Source: Actinomycetes bacterium
Lineage (GTDB): Bacteria > Actinomycetota > Humimicrobiia > Humimicrobiales > Humimicrobiaceae
NCBI GenBank assembly: GCA_030603375.1
Contig: JAUVXY010000001.1
Span: 1-33,098, forward strand
Length of the DNA: 33,098 nt
Direction of reading: 5' to 3'
Under the pieces are notes generated by a model that was not told where the DNA came from, did no database searches, and was given only the letters and a program-made list of their open reading frames with translations. Positions 1-7,925 of this stretch are shown here, in pieces. Made by a program: the position numbers and the translations under genes. The number at the start of each line of letters is the position of its first letter. Position 1 is the stretch's first letter.

Positions 1-150
1 CTCATCATCTCCCTGGATCTCAAGCAGGCAAATATCCCTGATCAAATCCAATAACTTATCTGCAGACTTTTTATCTTTAACAATAGGATCAGCCTGCACA
101 TATTTAACCAATTGGTCGATATCAGGAGCTGTGTGATTCAAGTTCTTCAA
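1..150 (-). CDS. hypothetical protein, N-terminal 50 codons only (the gene runs off the left edge)
   Basis: On the minus strand, AGGAGG (158-163) is followed by 7 nt and TTG (150-148). Fifty sense codons then run to position 1 (MKNLNHTAPDIDQLVKYVQADPIVKDKKSADKLLDLIRDICLLEIQGDDE). The ORF is missing from the track because it is truncated. No family recognised. Confidence 0.4.
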   Translation of the reverse strand, partial: MKNLNHTAPDIDQLVKYVQADPIVKDKKSADKLLDLIRDICLLEIQGDDE

Positions 151-470
151 AATCAAACCTCCTATAAATTTTCAAAAATTATTAATAAAATAATATTATT
201 AATCTTCTGCTCTATAATGACCACTAATTGTCTGGAGATACTGCTATAGAACTCAGGTTAAAATTTTTTTAATCCCCCTATAACTTATCTGATCTTTACA
301 ATAATAAAATTTTAATCAATTTGACGCCCAATCAAAATACCCTCAAATAACCACAGCTAAATCAATCTCAAATTAAGCAGAGACTCGGAGCCATCTAATA
401 ATTGTAATATGTAAGATTGTAAATCATAAGTTGATCAGTAGTGAGTTGTAAAAAGGTTTGGTACCAACCA

Positions 471-557
471 ACTGCCATTCTTATTTTAGGTGGATAGATA
501 GCATAACCACCCCCAATTTACGCTATTGGGTTTCGGGCTAACCTGCCTCACGGCAGT
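471..557. other. relatively GC-rich structured non-coding segment (candidate ncRNA or 3'UTR element, strand unresolved)
   Basis: Three adjacent hairpins: GGTGG/CCACC (489-493/507-511), CCCAAT/ATTGGG (512-517/525-530) and CTGCC/GGCAG (543-547/552-556). The last has a 4-nt loop that reads GUGA (GNRA) on the minus strand. There is also an alternative long-range pairing ACTGCC (471-476) with GGCAGT (552-557). By hand count the segment is about half G+C, against a very AT-rich background. Confidence 0.25.
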
Positions 558-581
558 TTCACACTTGCTCCACTGTCTCTA

Positions 582-1115
582 CTATTCTTCCTTAAAATTT
601 ACCTTATTTCTAAGATTTGCAATATGGATCTGAGTTATAATAGTTCTTATTTTTCTAATATTTTCCTGATAATCATCATAAACCTGTTTAAAAGAATGCT
701 TTGGTTTATGCACTATATCCCGCTCTTCTTTATGGATTATGCGCTTATAGGCAGAGTCAATAACTCTTTGGGATATTATTTCAATATCAGTAAGAAGGTT
801 TTTCCTGATCTCCAATGCTTCTGCGATACTTATTTCTTCTCCGTCCTGATCGATCTGATATTTAAAATTTGCTTCCTGTATCGCCTGATTAAGCTTTACT
901 CTTTTAATCTTTAACTTCTTTAATCTATCCTCTTGCTTTTTTTGATCAAAATCCTGGGCTGGCTCTCTTTCCTCTTCCTCCCTATTATTAAAGAACCTGT
1001 CACCTCTGTCTTGATCGCCCTGGGTTAACTTTTTAAGGAGTTTTATATTGCGGTCATATTCATTCCTTAACTCAATAGCTTCAAACAAATATAGATTTCC
1101 TTTATCATCGGGCAT
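582..1115 (-). CDS. small coiled-coil protein resembling the DIP1984/septicolysin-like family
   Basis: 177-178 aa ORF. The ATG at 1115 is preferred over the GTG at 1118 (GGTGA just upstream). Length and pattern fit my recollection of DIP1984-family proteins: an N-terminal L..EA...R motif, a central acidic linker, ISIAEALEIRKNL, and a C-terminal IHIANLRNKV. No alignment was run. Confidence 0.55.
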   Translation of the reverse strand: MPDDKGNLYLFEAIELRNEYDRNIKLLKKLTQGDQDRGDRFFNNREEEEREPAQDFDQKKQEDRLKKLKIKRVKLNQAIQEANFKYQIDQDGEEISIAEALEIRKNLLTDIEIISQRVIDSAYKRIIHKEERDIVHKPKHSFKQVYDDYQENIRKIRTIITQIHIANLRNKVNFKEE

Positions 1116-1466
1116 CACTCACCATCTCTTTATCTATTGTTTAATAATTCTTCATAAATATTATATAGTAGTTTGATGTATTTGCACAATTGACTATAAG
1201 CATAATTATAATTCTGATTATAATGTAAATATTAATAATCATCTCCAGGCTTTTTGATCTTTTAAGTCAAGGTCCTGTAGATTCTATGAAATAATTTATG
1301 GTTAATTACTCTGGGGTCCTCTGTTTGGAAAGTCTATCATAGAATTTGCAGCTTCCTTATAATAGATAGGCTTTTTCTTAAATCTAATAGTAAGATCAAG
1401 CCTTTCTGATAATGGGGTTAATATTTTCTTTGAGGATATTTCTTCAAGATCTTTTTCAATTTAATT

Positions 1467-2078
1467 TCATTTATCCGGGCATCTTCCCAGCAACATTTTA
1501 TAGATCTTCTCATTCGTGGCAGCAATTCGCTTATATTCTTTGTATTCTTTTTCTTTTTCCTCAGGCGTTCGTTTATCGATAAAACCTATTTTGGCCATAG
1601 TTTCTTCAAGTGAAATTAATTGAGAAGTACCGTTTTCTATCTCCCTTACACCTTTGTCCAGTATTAGTTTTTCCTCTTTAACTCTTTTATCCACAGTTTT
1701 TGAGGAATACCCGAAGAATGTCATCTCGTACAATGAATGGGCTACTGTATCTGCATTTCCATAAACTTCAAGACATTTATCTAATACATTAAAATTTAGC
1801 CATTCATCCCAGGAAGTCATCTCAAGTGCATAATGATTTTTATCACCCTTTATTATACCGAATACATCAAAAATAGATGTACCTGGCTCAATGCAATTCT
1901 CTATTTTTGCCACAATAAGGGTAATCAGTGGTTTGCAATGCCCGGGTTTGAGTGTCTTTAATCCTTCAAGCACTTTTTTATAAGCTTCATAAGCGCCATC
2001 TTTATGATCGTATTCCTCATTAAGCACAGCCCACACATGATCGTAATTTACAGAATTTATTAGCTCCTTAAAAATCAT
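1467..2078 (-). CDS. hypothetical protein (possibly DUF6557-like)
   Basis: 203 aa ORF with an ATG start and GGTGA 4 nt upstream. The N-terminus MIFKELINSVNYDHVWAVLNEEY and the LYEMTFFGY motif recall DUF6557-type proteins. This is from memory only; no catalytic motif recognised. Confidence 0.55.
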   Translation of the reverse strand: MIFKELINSVNYDHVWAVLNEEYDHKDGAYEAYKKVLEGLKTLKPGHCKPLITLIVAKIENCIEPGTSIFDVFGIIKGDKNHYALEMTSWDEWLNFNVLDKCLEVYGNADTVAHSLYEMTFFGYSSKTVDKRVKEEKLILDKGVREIENGTSQLISLEETMAKIGFIDKRTPEEKEKEYKEYKRIAATNEKIYKMLLGRCPDK

Positions 2079-2178
2079 TTTGTCACCATAAAAAATAAAT
2101 ATCAGCTTTCTATTTTATACAGCCTGGGTCTTTTATTAAGAAAATCATAAGAATGAAAACTAAACTAATTATGTAAAT

Positions 2179-2937
2179 CTATTTTCCCTCATATAGATCT
2201 TTTAATTTTAACCCATCTGGTAATAGCTGAGAATGGAACTGGGGTAAATATTCTAAAACTAAGTGACCTCTAAATTCATTTTGCCTTAGAAAGGATAATA
2301 TTTTATCAAAATCCAGAGCCATTTCTTCTTCGGGGTAATATATTGGATAATGTTGTTTTATACTGTTTTTTACCCTATTGGATATATGAAATATTTTAAT
2401 AATATTGATATTTTTTTTAAGGTCCCTAAGGATATCTTCCTGTTCTTTATGGACATGAGAAAAATCATAACAAATACGATAAAGTCTGGTATTTTTACAA
2501 AAATCAAACATTCCTTCTATACTGCCAAATATTCTTTTTTTGCTTTCAAAGGTTTCCCAGCATAAATACAATTCTTCTTTTTTTAGGACTGGTTCTATTC
2601 TTTCTTTAAGCAACTTTTTTATTGCTTCATATTTTCCCATACTTGGGTGAATTACTATTGAATCACAGCCAAGCGATTTTGCAATCTCTGTTGTCTTATT
2701 AAAAACATTTGAGAATAGGTCAAGATTGGATAGTTTAAACTGTGCAAAGTGTATAGATGAGGCTTTAATATTTATTTTCTTAAATGGTTCTAAAATTTCT
2801 TTTATATCAGCCTTTAAGAATAATTCGGGGTCCAGAAAAGCCACTTCTACAAAACCTATATTTTGAAAAGCTTTCACAGCTTCAAACCAATTATATTTTC
2901 CACTTTCCGGGAAAGAGACTCTGACTGAAAATTTCAT
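2179..2937 (-). CDS. xylose-isomerase-like TIM-barrel protein (sugar phosphate isomerase/epimerase / AP endonuclease 2 superfamily)
   Basis: Motif series typical of the fold: CDSIVIHPS, CWETFES, CYDFSHVH, IFHISN, LVLEY. I place the start at ATG 2937 (MKFSVRVSF...) rather than the track's GTG at 3006. The 23-codon extension consists of an 11-bp nucleotide repeat that gives no peptide repeat. Confidence 0.75.
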   Translation of the reverse strand: MKFSVRVSFPESGKYNWFEAVKAFQNIGFVEVAFLDPELFLKADIKEILEPFKKINIKASSIHFAQFKLSNLDLFSNVFNKTTEIAKSLGCDSIVIHPSMGKYEAIKKLLKERIEPVLKKEELYLCWETFESKKRIFGSIEGMFDFCKNTRLYRICYDFSHVHKEQEDILRDLKKNINIIKIFHISNRVKNSIKQHYPIYYPEEEMALDFDKILSFLRQNEFRGHLVLEYLPQFHSQLLPDGLKLKDLYEGK

Positions 2938-2970
2938 GGTTGCCCGCCCATATTGCTTTGATTTTAAGTT

Positions 2971-3000
2971 AGTTGACGTAAAGTTGACGTAAAGTTGACG
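2971..3000. repeat. tandem direct repeat, 11-bp unit AGTTGACGTAA x 2.7
   Basis: agttgacgtaa (2971-2981), agttgacgtaa (2982-2992) and agttgacg (2993-3000). It lies in the 66-nt spacer between the Fic stop (3003-3005) and the probable TIM-barrel start (2937). Confidence 0.85.
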
Positions 3001-3002
3001 AT

Positions 3003-4040
3003 TCACAGCAACTCATAGTAAGTTGCTTTACCTTTCCCAGCCCTTGCTATCAAATTATGCTCTAATAAAACTCTAATTATCCGATTTGCTGTTTCTCTAC
3101 TTACATCAAACATCTTTTGAATTTCAGAACTATTAATCCTTGGATTTACTTGTAAATATTTTAAAATTTTAATTTGTCTTTCGTTTAAGAAAACCTGTCC
3201 CCTTTTATCTTTAAGTCTTCTATCATGACTTAGCTGTAGGACTGTATCCTTAACTTTATTCATGCTAATTGCAACACCCTCACAGAAATATTCCAACCAT
3301 TGTGTTGTATCTAGAGTGTTCTGGTCTACTGTTTGTAATGCAGCATAATAACTTCCTCTGTCTTCATTATAGTAATCATCCAGTGCAAAGAATCTTTTAG
3401 TATCAAAACCTTTAAGATACAGAATCAATGTAGACAGTGCTCTGGCAGTTCTCCCATTACCATCAACAAAAGGATGAATTCTAACAAATTCATAATGGGA
3501 AATCCCACTTAATATCACAGGATACAATTCCCTTGCTTGTTTACTGTTTGACCATAAGACAAAATCCTTCATAAGATTTGCTACTTTATTTTCAGGAGGT
3601 GGTTGGAAAACAACTTCTCCATAACCATTTACCACAGCAACTGGTATTTTGCGGTAGAAGCCTGATTGATCTTTTGGCAAAATATTTCTTGTGTTGATTT
3701 GATGAATCTTAAGAATAATTTCTTCAGTAATATTTTTAACTTTTTTATCTCCAAGTTTATCAATATATTCAAGCACCCCGACATAGTTTAGTACTTCATC
3801 TTTATCTTTTTGCCAGGCAGCAACTTCATTACCAATAAGTAATTTCTTTACCTGTTCCAAAGTCAAAGGATTGCCTTCTATGCTTGTCGAGTGATGGGCC
3901 ATTTTAACAATTGCTTCCCTACGTAGTTTAAGTTCCAATTGCGGAAGAAGGGAAGCATTCAGAATCAGTTCTCTTGCTGCTGAGATCTCAGCAATATGCT
4001 GGACGATTTTATTGGTTGTTTTAAAAACCGGGTTAAACAT
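3003..4040 (-). CDS. Fic family protein (AMPylase-type, class II auto-inhibited) with C-terminal winged-helix DNA-binding domain
   Basis: Canonical Fic motif HPFVDGNGRTAR. N-terminal inhibitory-helix motif STSIEGN, matching (S/T)xxxE(G/N). The C-terminal approx 60 aa (LNERQIKILKYLQVNPRINSSEIQKMFDVSRETANRIIRVLLEHNLI) look like a wHTH. ATG start with AAGGA upstream. Confidence 0.9.
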   Translation of the reverse strand: MFNPVFKTTNKIVQHIAEISAARELILNASLLPQLELKLRREAIVKMAHHSTSIEGNPLTLEQVKKLLIGNEVAAWQKDKDEVLNYVGVLEYIDKLGDKKVKNITEEIILKIHQINTRNILPKDQSGFYRKIPVAVVNGYGEVVFQPPPENKVANLMKDFVLWSNSKQARELYPVILSGISHYEFVRIHPFVDGNGRTARALSTLILYLKGFDTKRFFALDDYYNEDRGSYYAALQTVDQNTLDTTQWLEYFCEGVAISMNKVKDTVLQLSHDRRLKDKRGQVFLNERQIKILKYLQVNPRINSSEIQKMFDVSRETANRIIRVLLEHNLIARAGKGKATYYELL

Positions 4041-4315
4041 TTTCCTTATTTTTTAAATTAAGAAACTATTAATCATAAAATTATAATTCCGTATGGCCTA
4101 AATAAAATATCTTTATTTAATACGGTGTTTATAATTATATAGAAATTCAAAGTACTTGCATAATTAATTATAACTATAACAAAGATTGTAATTATAATGT
4201 AAATGTTTCCCTATTTCTTACGGGTGACCAAGAGAAAAACACTGGCAGAAACTCAGATCTGTGTGTTTCTAAAAATGATTTATTTACTTCTGAGGATAAT
4301 TTGAGTGATAATATT

Positions 4316-4390
<75 letters not shown>

Positions 4391-4414
4391 ACGTAAGGCT
4401 TTAAACGATATGCT

Positions 4415-4442
4415 ATTATAATATATAGAAAGTTTATTGCAA
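4415..4442 (-). promoter_or_regulatory. candidate sigma-70 promoter for tRNA-Asn
   Basis: On the minus strand, TTGCAA (4442-4437), a 16-nt spacer and TATAAT (4420-4415). The -10 element is about 25 nt upstream of the mature tRNA 5' end. Confidence 0.4.
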
Positions 4443-4460
4443 GTAATTACCCTGAGTTTT

Positions 4461-5558
4461 TTAAGTCTCTAAAAAATCTCTCAAGGCCCCACTTCTATTC
4501 GGGTGTCTTAACTTACCCAAAGTTTTTGCCTCTATTTGTCTTATTCTTTCTCTTGTTACGCCAAATTCCCTGCCAACTTCTTCCAATGTTCTTGGGTGAC
4601 CGTCGTGTAATCCGAACCTGAGCTGAATCACTTTCCTTTCCCTCTCGTTCAAAGTACCTAATACTTCCTGAAGTTGTTCTTGAAGCATGGCAAAAGATGC
4701 AGCAGCTGCTGGTGTCTCTATTCTTGAATCTTCGATAAAATCTCCAAGATGACTGTCCTCTTCTTCCCCAATAGGTGTTTCAAGTGATACAGGCTCTTGA
4801 GATATTTTCATAACTTCTCTGACCTTTTCAACAGTAAACTGCAATTCCTTTGCTATCTCTTTCGGAGTTGGTTCTCTTCCAAGCTTTTGCAGTAACTGCC
4901 TCTGAGTTCTTATCAGCTTATTAATAGTTTCCACCATATGAACCGGAATTCTAATAGTTCTTGCCTGATCTGCTATTGCTCTCGTTATAGCCTGCCTTAT
5001 CCACCACGTTGCATAGGTAGAAAATTTGTAACCTTTTCTATAATCAAACTTTTCTACAGCCCTTATAAGCCCAAGATTCCCTTCCTGGATAAGGTCTAAA
5101 AATAACATTCCCCTGCCTACATACTTCTTAGCTATGCTCACAACAAGTCTCAAGTTTGCTGCAACAAGTTTTCTTTTAGCATCCATATCGCCATCCTCAA
5201 CCTTTTTAGCAAGCTGAACTTCCTCTACAGCAACAAGCAGCCTGACTTTACCAATTTCTTTAAGGTACATTCTTACAGGATCGTTAGTAGGAGATTTTAT
5301 ATTAAAATCTAACTTTCTTTTTAAAAGATTGTTCTTTTTTTTCTTAACAGCCAAATTGTCAATGCCTCCATCTTCTTCGCTTATAATCTCTATTTCTAAA
5401 TTCTGCATAACGTCATATATATTTTCTATCTGTTCCTTAGTTAAATCTATATCTGAAAGCATATCGCCAATTTCCTCAGTAGTTAGCACCCCTTCTTCTC
5501 TGCCTTTACTTATTAATTCTTTTACCTCTTCTAACTTAAGTTCGGAACCTTTTTTCAT
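4461..5558 (-). CDS. rpoD: RNA polymerase primary sigma factor (sigma-70/SigA)
   Basis: 365 aa. RpoD-box [27 protein letters not shown] and region 4.2 [30 protein letters not shown]. Sits downstream of dnaG as in the classic MMS operon. Confidence 0.95.
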   Translation of the reverse strand: MKKGSELKLEEVKELISKGREEGVLTTEEIGDMLSDIDLTKEQIENIYDVMQNLEIEIISEEDGGIDNLAVKKKKNNLLKRKLDFNIKSPTNDPVRMYLKEIGKVRLLVAVEEVQLAKKVEDGDMDAKRKLVAANLRLVVSIAKKYVGRGMLFLDLIQEGNLGLIRAVEKFDYRKGYKFSTYATWWIRQAITRAIADQARTIRIPVHMVETINKLIRTQRQLLQKLGREPTPKEIAKELQFTVEKVREVMKISQEPVSLETPIGEEEDSHLGDFIEDSRIETPAAAASFAMLQEQLQEVLGTLNERERKVIQLRFGLHDGHPRTLEEVGREFGVTRERIRQIEAKTLGKLRHPNRSGALRDFLET

Positions 5559-5658
5559 GTTTAAATCACCCCATAATTTATTTAAAATTATTATAATTTT
5601 AATAAATTATAATTAGCCTTATTTTAATATATTTTATCATTAAATATAACTACATTAT

Positions 5659-7596
5659 TTAACCAGAAATATTTAACTTCCTTTTTTCTTTCTCAAGCTC
5701 ATTTATTTTACAATTGAGCCTGTCGATCTTACTTTTTATCTCTTCTTTCCTTGACTCATTTTCTCTGTTTTTGTTTCCCTCTAGTTTTATATTCTTTTGA
5801 ATGCTTTCCAAAGATAGCATCTGCTTTCTAGTTTTTTCTATCTTTTCTGAAATGTAAATTTTTTGCAAATTTTTTAACACCTCAAGACAAGCCATATTTT
5901 CATCACTGTAATGTTTCTTGTTAAAAAATACGTAATTATATATTTTTTTTACATCTCCATCCTCTATTTCATTTTCCGATATTTCTAAAGGAAAATTTAT
6001 TTTCTTACCTTTTACCTTGTATCTGTCAATTTTATTTTTTGCTATTAAATAAAGTTTTCTTGTATCCTCAAATCTGAAATATTCTGCTCCTAAATTTAAT
6101 AATTCTTCCATCGAATTTCCGACACCATTTACTATAAGTGTTAATGCTTCTAACTCTATATTTTTAAGCGGTGGGATGCTTTCCCTGTGCAGACTTTCTT
6201 TGCCATTTTTATCTCTTCTACCCCAGACTCCCACTTTGTTTTTATAAGCGTAAGACTTTTTAAGCATTTCTTCAAGCAATAAGCTTTCCTTAATATCTAA
6301 TTTCTGGGATATTTTTTTTAAGCATTCTTCTTGTACAATTCTTGATGATAAAGTGGAAATAAACTGCAGCAGCACATTGCTGGCTCTTAGTTTTTCGTAA
6401 AGATTGGAAATATTGTATTTTCTCAGGATCGTATCAATGGTAAAATCTATCATGCTTACAGAATTCTCGATCCTCTCAATAAAGCTCTCCCTGCCTTTTT
6501 TCATAATGAAATCTGCAGGATCATACCCTTCATCTAGAATAGAAACACCTATGTTAATATTGTTCTCGTGATACAAATCCAGCCGTTCATTATATTCCTG
6601 CAATCTTTCCATCCCTTTAAGAGAAGCGCTTCTTCCTGCCTCATCGCTATCAAATACAAGTATTATGTTTTTGGTAAACCTTCCCAAAATTTTAATCTGG
6701 TCTGATGTAAGAGCAGTTCCAAGACTGGCTACAATATTCTTCATCCCACATTGATATAGCGCCATCACATCTGTGTATCCCTCCGTTATCAGTACCCTGT
6801 CTTCAGCAACAATGTGGCTTTTAGCCTCAAAGATTCCATATATATTTTTGCTTTTTGAGTAAAGCTTAGTTTCCGGAGTATTTATGTACTTTGCAGTTTG
6901 TCCTTTTTCTTCATCAAAGCCGGGAGTAATTCTTCCTCCAAATCCTACGGTTTTGTTAACAATATCTTTTATGGGGAACACTATTCTTCCTCTAAATCTG
7001 TCATATATTTCATTTCCCCTTTTACTGCTTTTAACAGCAAGCCCGCATCCTAGAATTTCTTCGCAACTATAGCCTCTCTTTTTTGCAAAATTTGAGAAAT
7101 TATCCCAGCTGTTCAGACTAAACCCAACTTCAAACTGTTCTATTGTTTTATCCTCAAAGCCTCTTTTCTTTAAATAATTCAGGGCAGGAGCACCCTTTTT
7201 GCTGTTAAACAATATATAGTTGTAATACTTTTTAGCAAGTTCATTTAATTCAAATAATCTATTTTTTTTCCTGCCTGCTTCTGAAGAACCGCTATGGGAA
7301 TAACTTAATTTATAGCCTGATTTATTAGCTAAAAACTCCACTGCCTCCAGAAATTGCATGTTTTCAATCTTCATTATAAAACTTATTACATCGCCGCCTT
7401 CTCCGCAACCAAAGCAGTGATATAACTGTTTAATTGGATCTACTGTAAATGATGGGGTTTTCTCTTTATGAAAAGGACAAAGGCCTGTGTAATTCTTTCC
7501 AGCTTTTTTTAAGTTTACATAACCTGAAACAATATTATATATATCTGCCCTTGCTTTCAGTTCATCAACCTCACCGTCTTTTAAGCTCCTGCCCAT
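5659..7596 (-). CDS. dnaG: DNA primase
   Basis: 645 aa. Zinc-finger CPFHKEKTPSF...CFGCG and TOPRIM motifs EGYTDV and VFDSDEAG. AGAGGGA RBS. Confidence 0.95.
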   Translation of the reverse strand: MGRSLKDGEVDELKARADIYNIVSGYVNLKKAGKNYTGLCPFHKEKTPSFTVDPIKQLYHCFGCGEGGDVISFIMKIENMQFLEAVEFLANKSGYKLSYSHSGSSEAGRKKNRLFELNELAKKYYNYILFNSKKGAPALNYLKKRGFEDKTIEQFEVGFSLNSWDNFSNFAKKRGYSCEEILGCGLAVKSSKRGNEIYDRFRGRIVFPIKDIVNKTVGFGGRITPGFDEEKGQTAKYINTPETKLYSKSKNIYGIFEAKSHIVAEDRVLITEGYTDVMALYQCGMKNIVASLGTALTSDQIKILGRFTKNIILVFDSDEAGRSASLKGMERLQEYNERLDLYHENNINIGVSILDEGYDPADFIMKKGRESFIERIENSVSMIDFTIDTILRKYNISNLYEKLRASNVLLQFISTLSSRIVQEECLKKISQKLDIKESLLLEEMLKKSYAYKNKVGVWGRRDKNGKESLHRESIPPLKNIELEALTLIVNGVGNSMEELLNLGAEYFRFEDTRKLYLIAKNKIDRYKVKGKKINFPLEISENEIEDGDVKKIYNYVFFNKKHYSDENMACLEVLKNLQKIYISEKIEKTRKQMLSLESIQKNIKLEGNKNRENESRKEEIKSKIDRLNCKINELEKEKRKLNISG

Positions 7597-7763
7597 ATCC
7601 CTCTTTTTTTATATTTATTACTTATGCTTGTATTAGTTATTTTATACCATATTACATTTATCTGAAACAATCAGATTTCAAATATTCACCAATACAAAAG
7701 TTTATGCAGTGTGCCAGGTAGGATCTTATACTAAAGCAATCTTTAGTTATTCTCTGAAATTAT

Positions 7764-7810
7764 ATTCTATAAGAGCTTGCTTAAAATTTAAAAGCAAGCT
7801 CTTATAGAAT
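7764..7810. repeat. perfect 19-bp inverted repeat (long hairpin), possibly a terminator or protein-binding palindrome
   Basis: attctataagagcttgctt (7764-7782), loop aaaatttaa, then aagcaagctcttatagaat (7792-7810). It lies in the 330-nt ppdK-dnaG spacer. Neither flank has a strong U-tract. Confidence 0.45.
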
Positions 7811-7891
7811 TACTTCTTATACGCAGTCTATTTCAACATATGCCATATTTATAATGTCATATGCTATTCGCTCAGGATTAAGACAAACCAG

Positions 7892-7915
7892 TTGTATGAC
7901 CCTTGCGTCATACAA
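7892..7915 (-). terminator. candidate intrinsic terminator of ppdK
   Basis: On the minus strand, UUGUAUGAC-GCAAGG-GUCAUACAA (9-bp stem) lies 10 nt after the ppdK stop. It is followed by the moderately U-rich CUGGUUUGUCUU. Confidence 0.4.
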
Positions 7916-7925
7916 AAAGTTCGTT

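Noticed and set aside
383-393. ACTCGGAGCCA resembles the tRNA-Asn 3' end (ACTCGGGGAGCCA), suggesting a possible att repeat marking the island boundary
   Set aside because: The match is only 11 nt with a 2-nt gap. It is in inverted orientation relative to the tRNA, whereas att repeats are direct. No integrase is nearby, so it is consistent with chance.
458-467. A 10-bp perfect palindrome TTGGTACCAA as a possible regulatory or restriction-related site
   Set aside because: It is short and isolated, with no second copy or partner site in the window, so it is expected by chance.
1281-1345. A 9-bp inverted repeat ATTCTATGA / TCATAGAAT separated by 47 nt in the 348-nt spacer, possibly MITE ends or a structured RNA
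   Set aside because: The arms are short and AT-rich. There are no target-site duplications and no other copies in the window, so it is not distinguishable from chance.
1302-1460. A 52-codon open frame continues in the same frame after the stops of the 1467-2078 ORF (TGA-AAT-TAA). A similar 32-codon run follows the TAG-TAG of the DIP1984-like gene (approx 483-578). This could indicate readthrough extensions or decayed C-termini.
   Set aside because: Two consecutive stops argue against readthrough. There is no start codon with an RBS and no recognisable homology, and runs of this length arise by chance. It cannot be excluded as a pseudogene remnant, but it is unsupported.
2938-3006. The track's GTG start at 3006 for the TIM-barrel ORF (a 4-nt overlap with the Fic stop)
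   Set aside because: The 23 extra codons are made of the 11-bp nucleotide repeat and give a low-complexity peptide that does not belong to the fold. MKFSVRVSF at the ATG at 2937 is a typical N-terminus for this family. It is kept only as an alternative in the phase-variation hypothesis.
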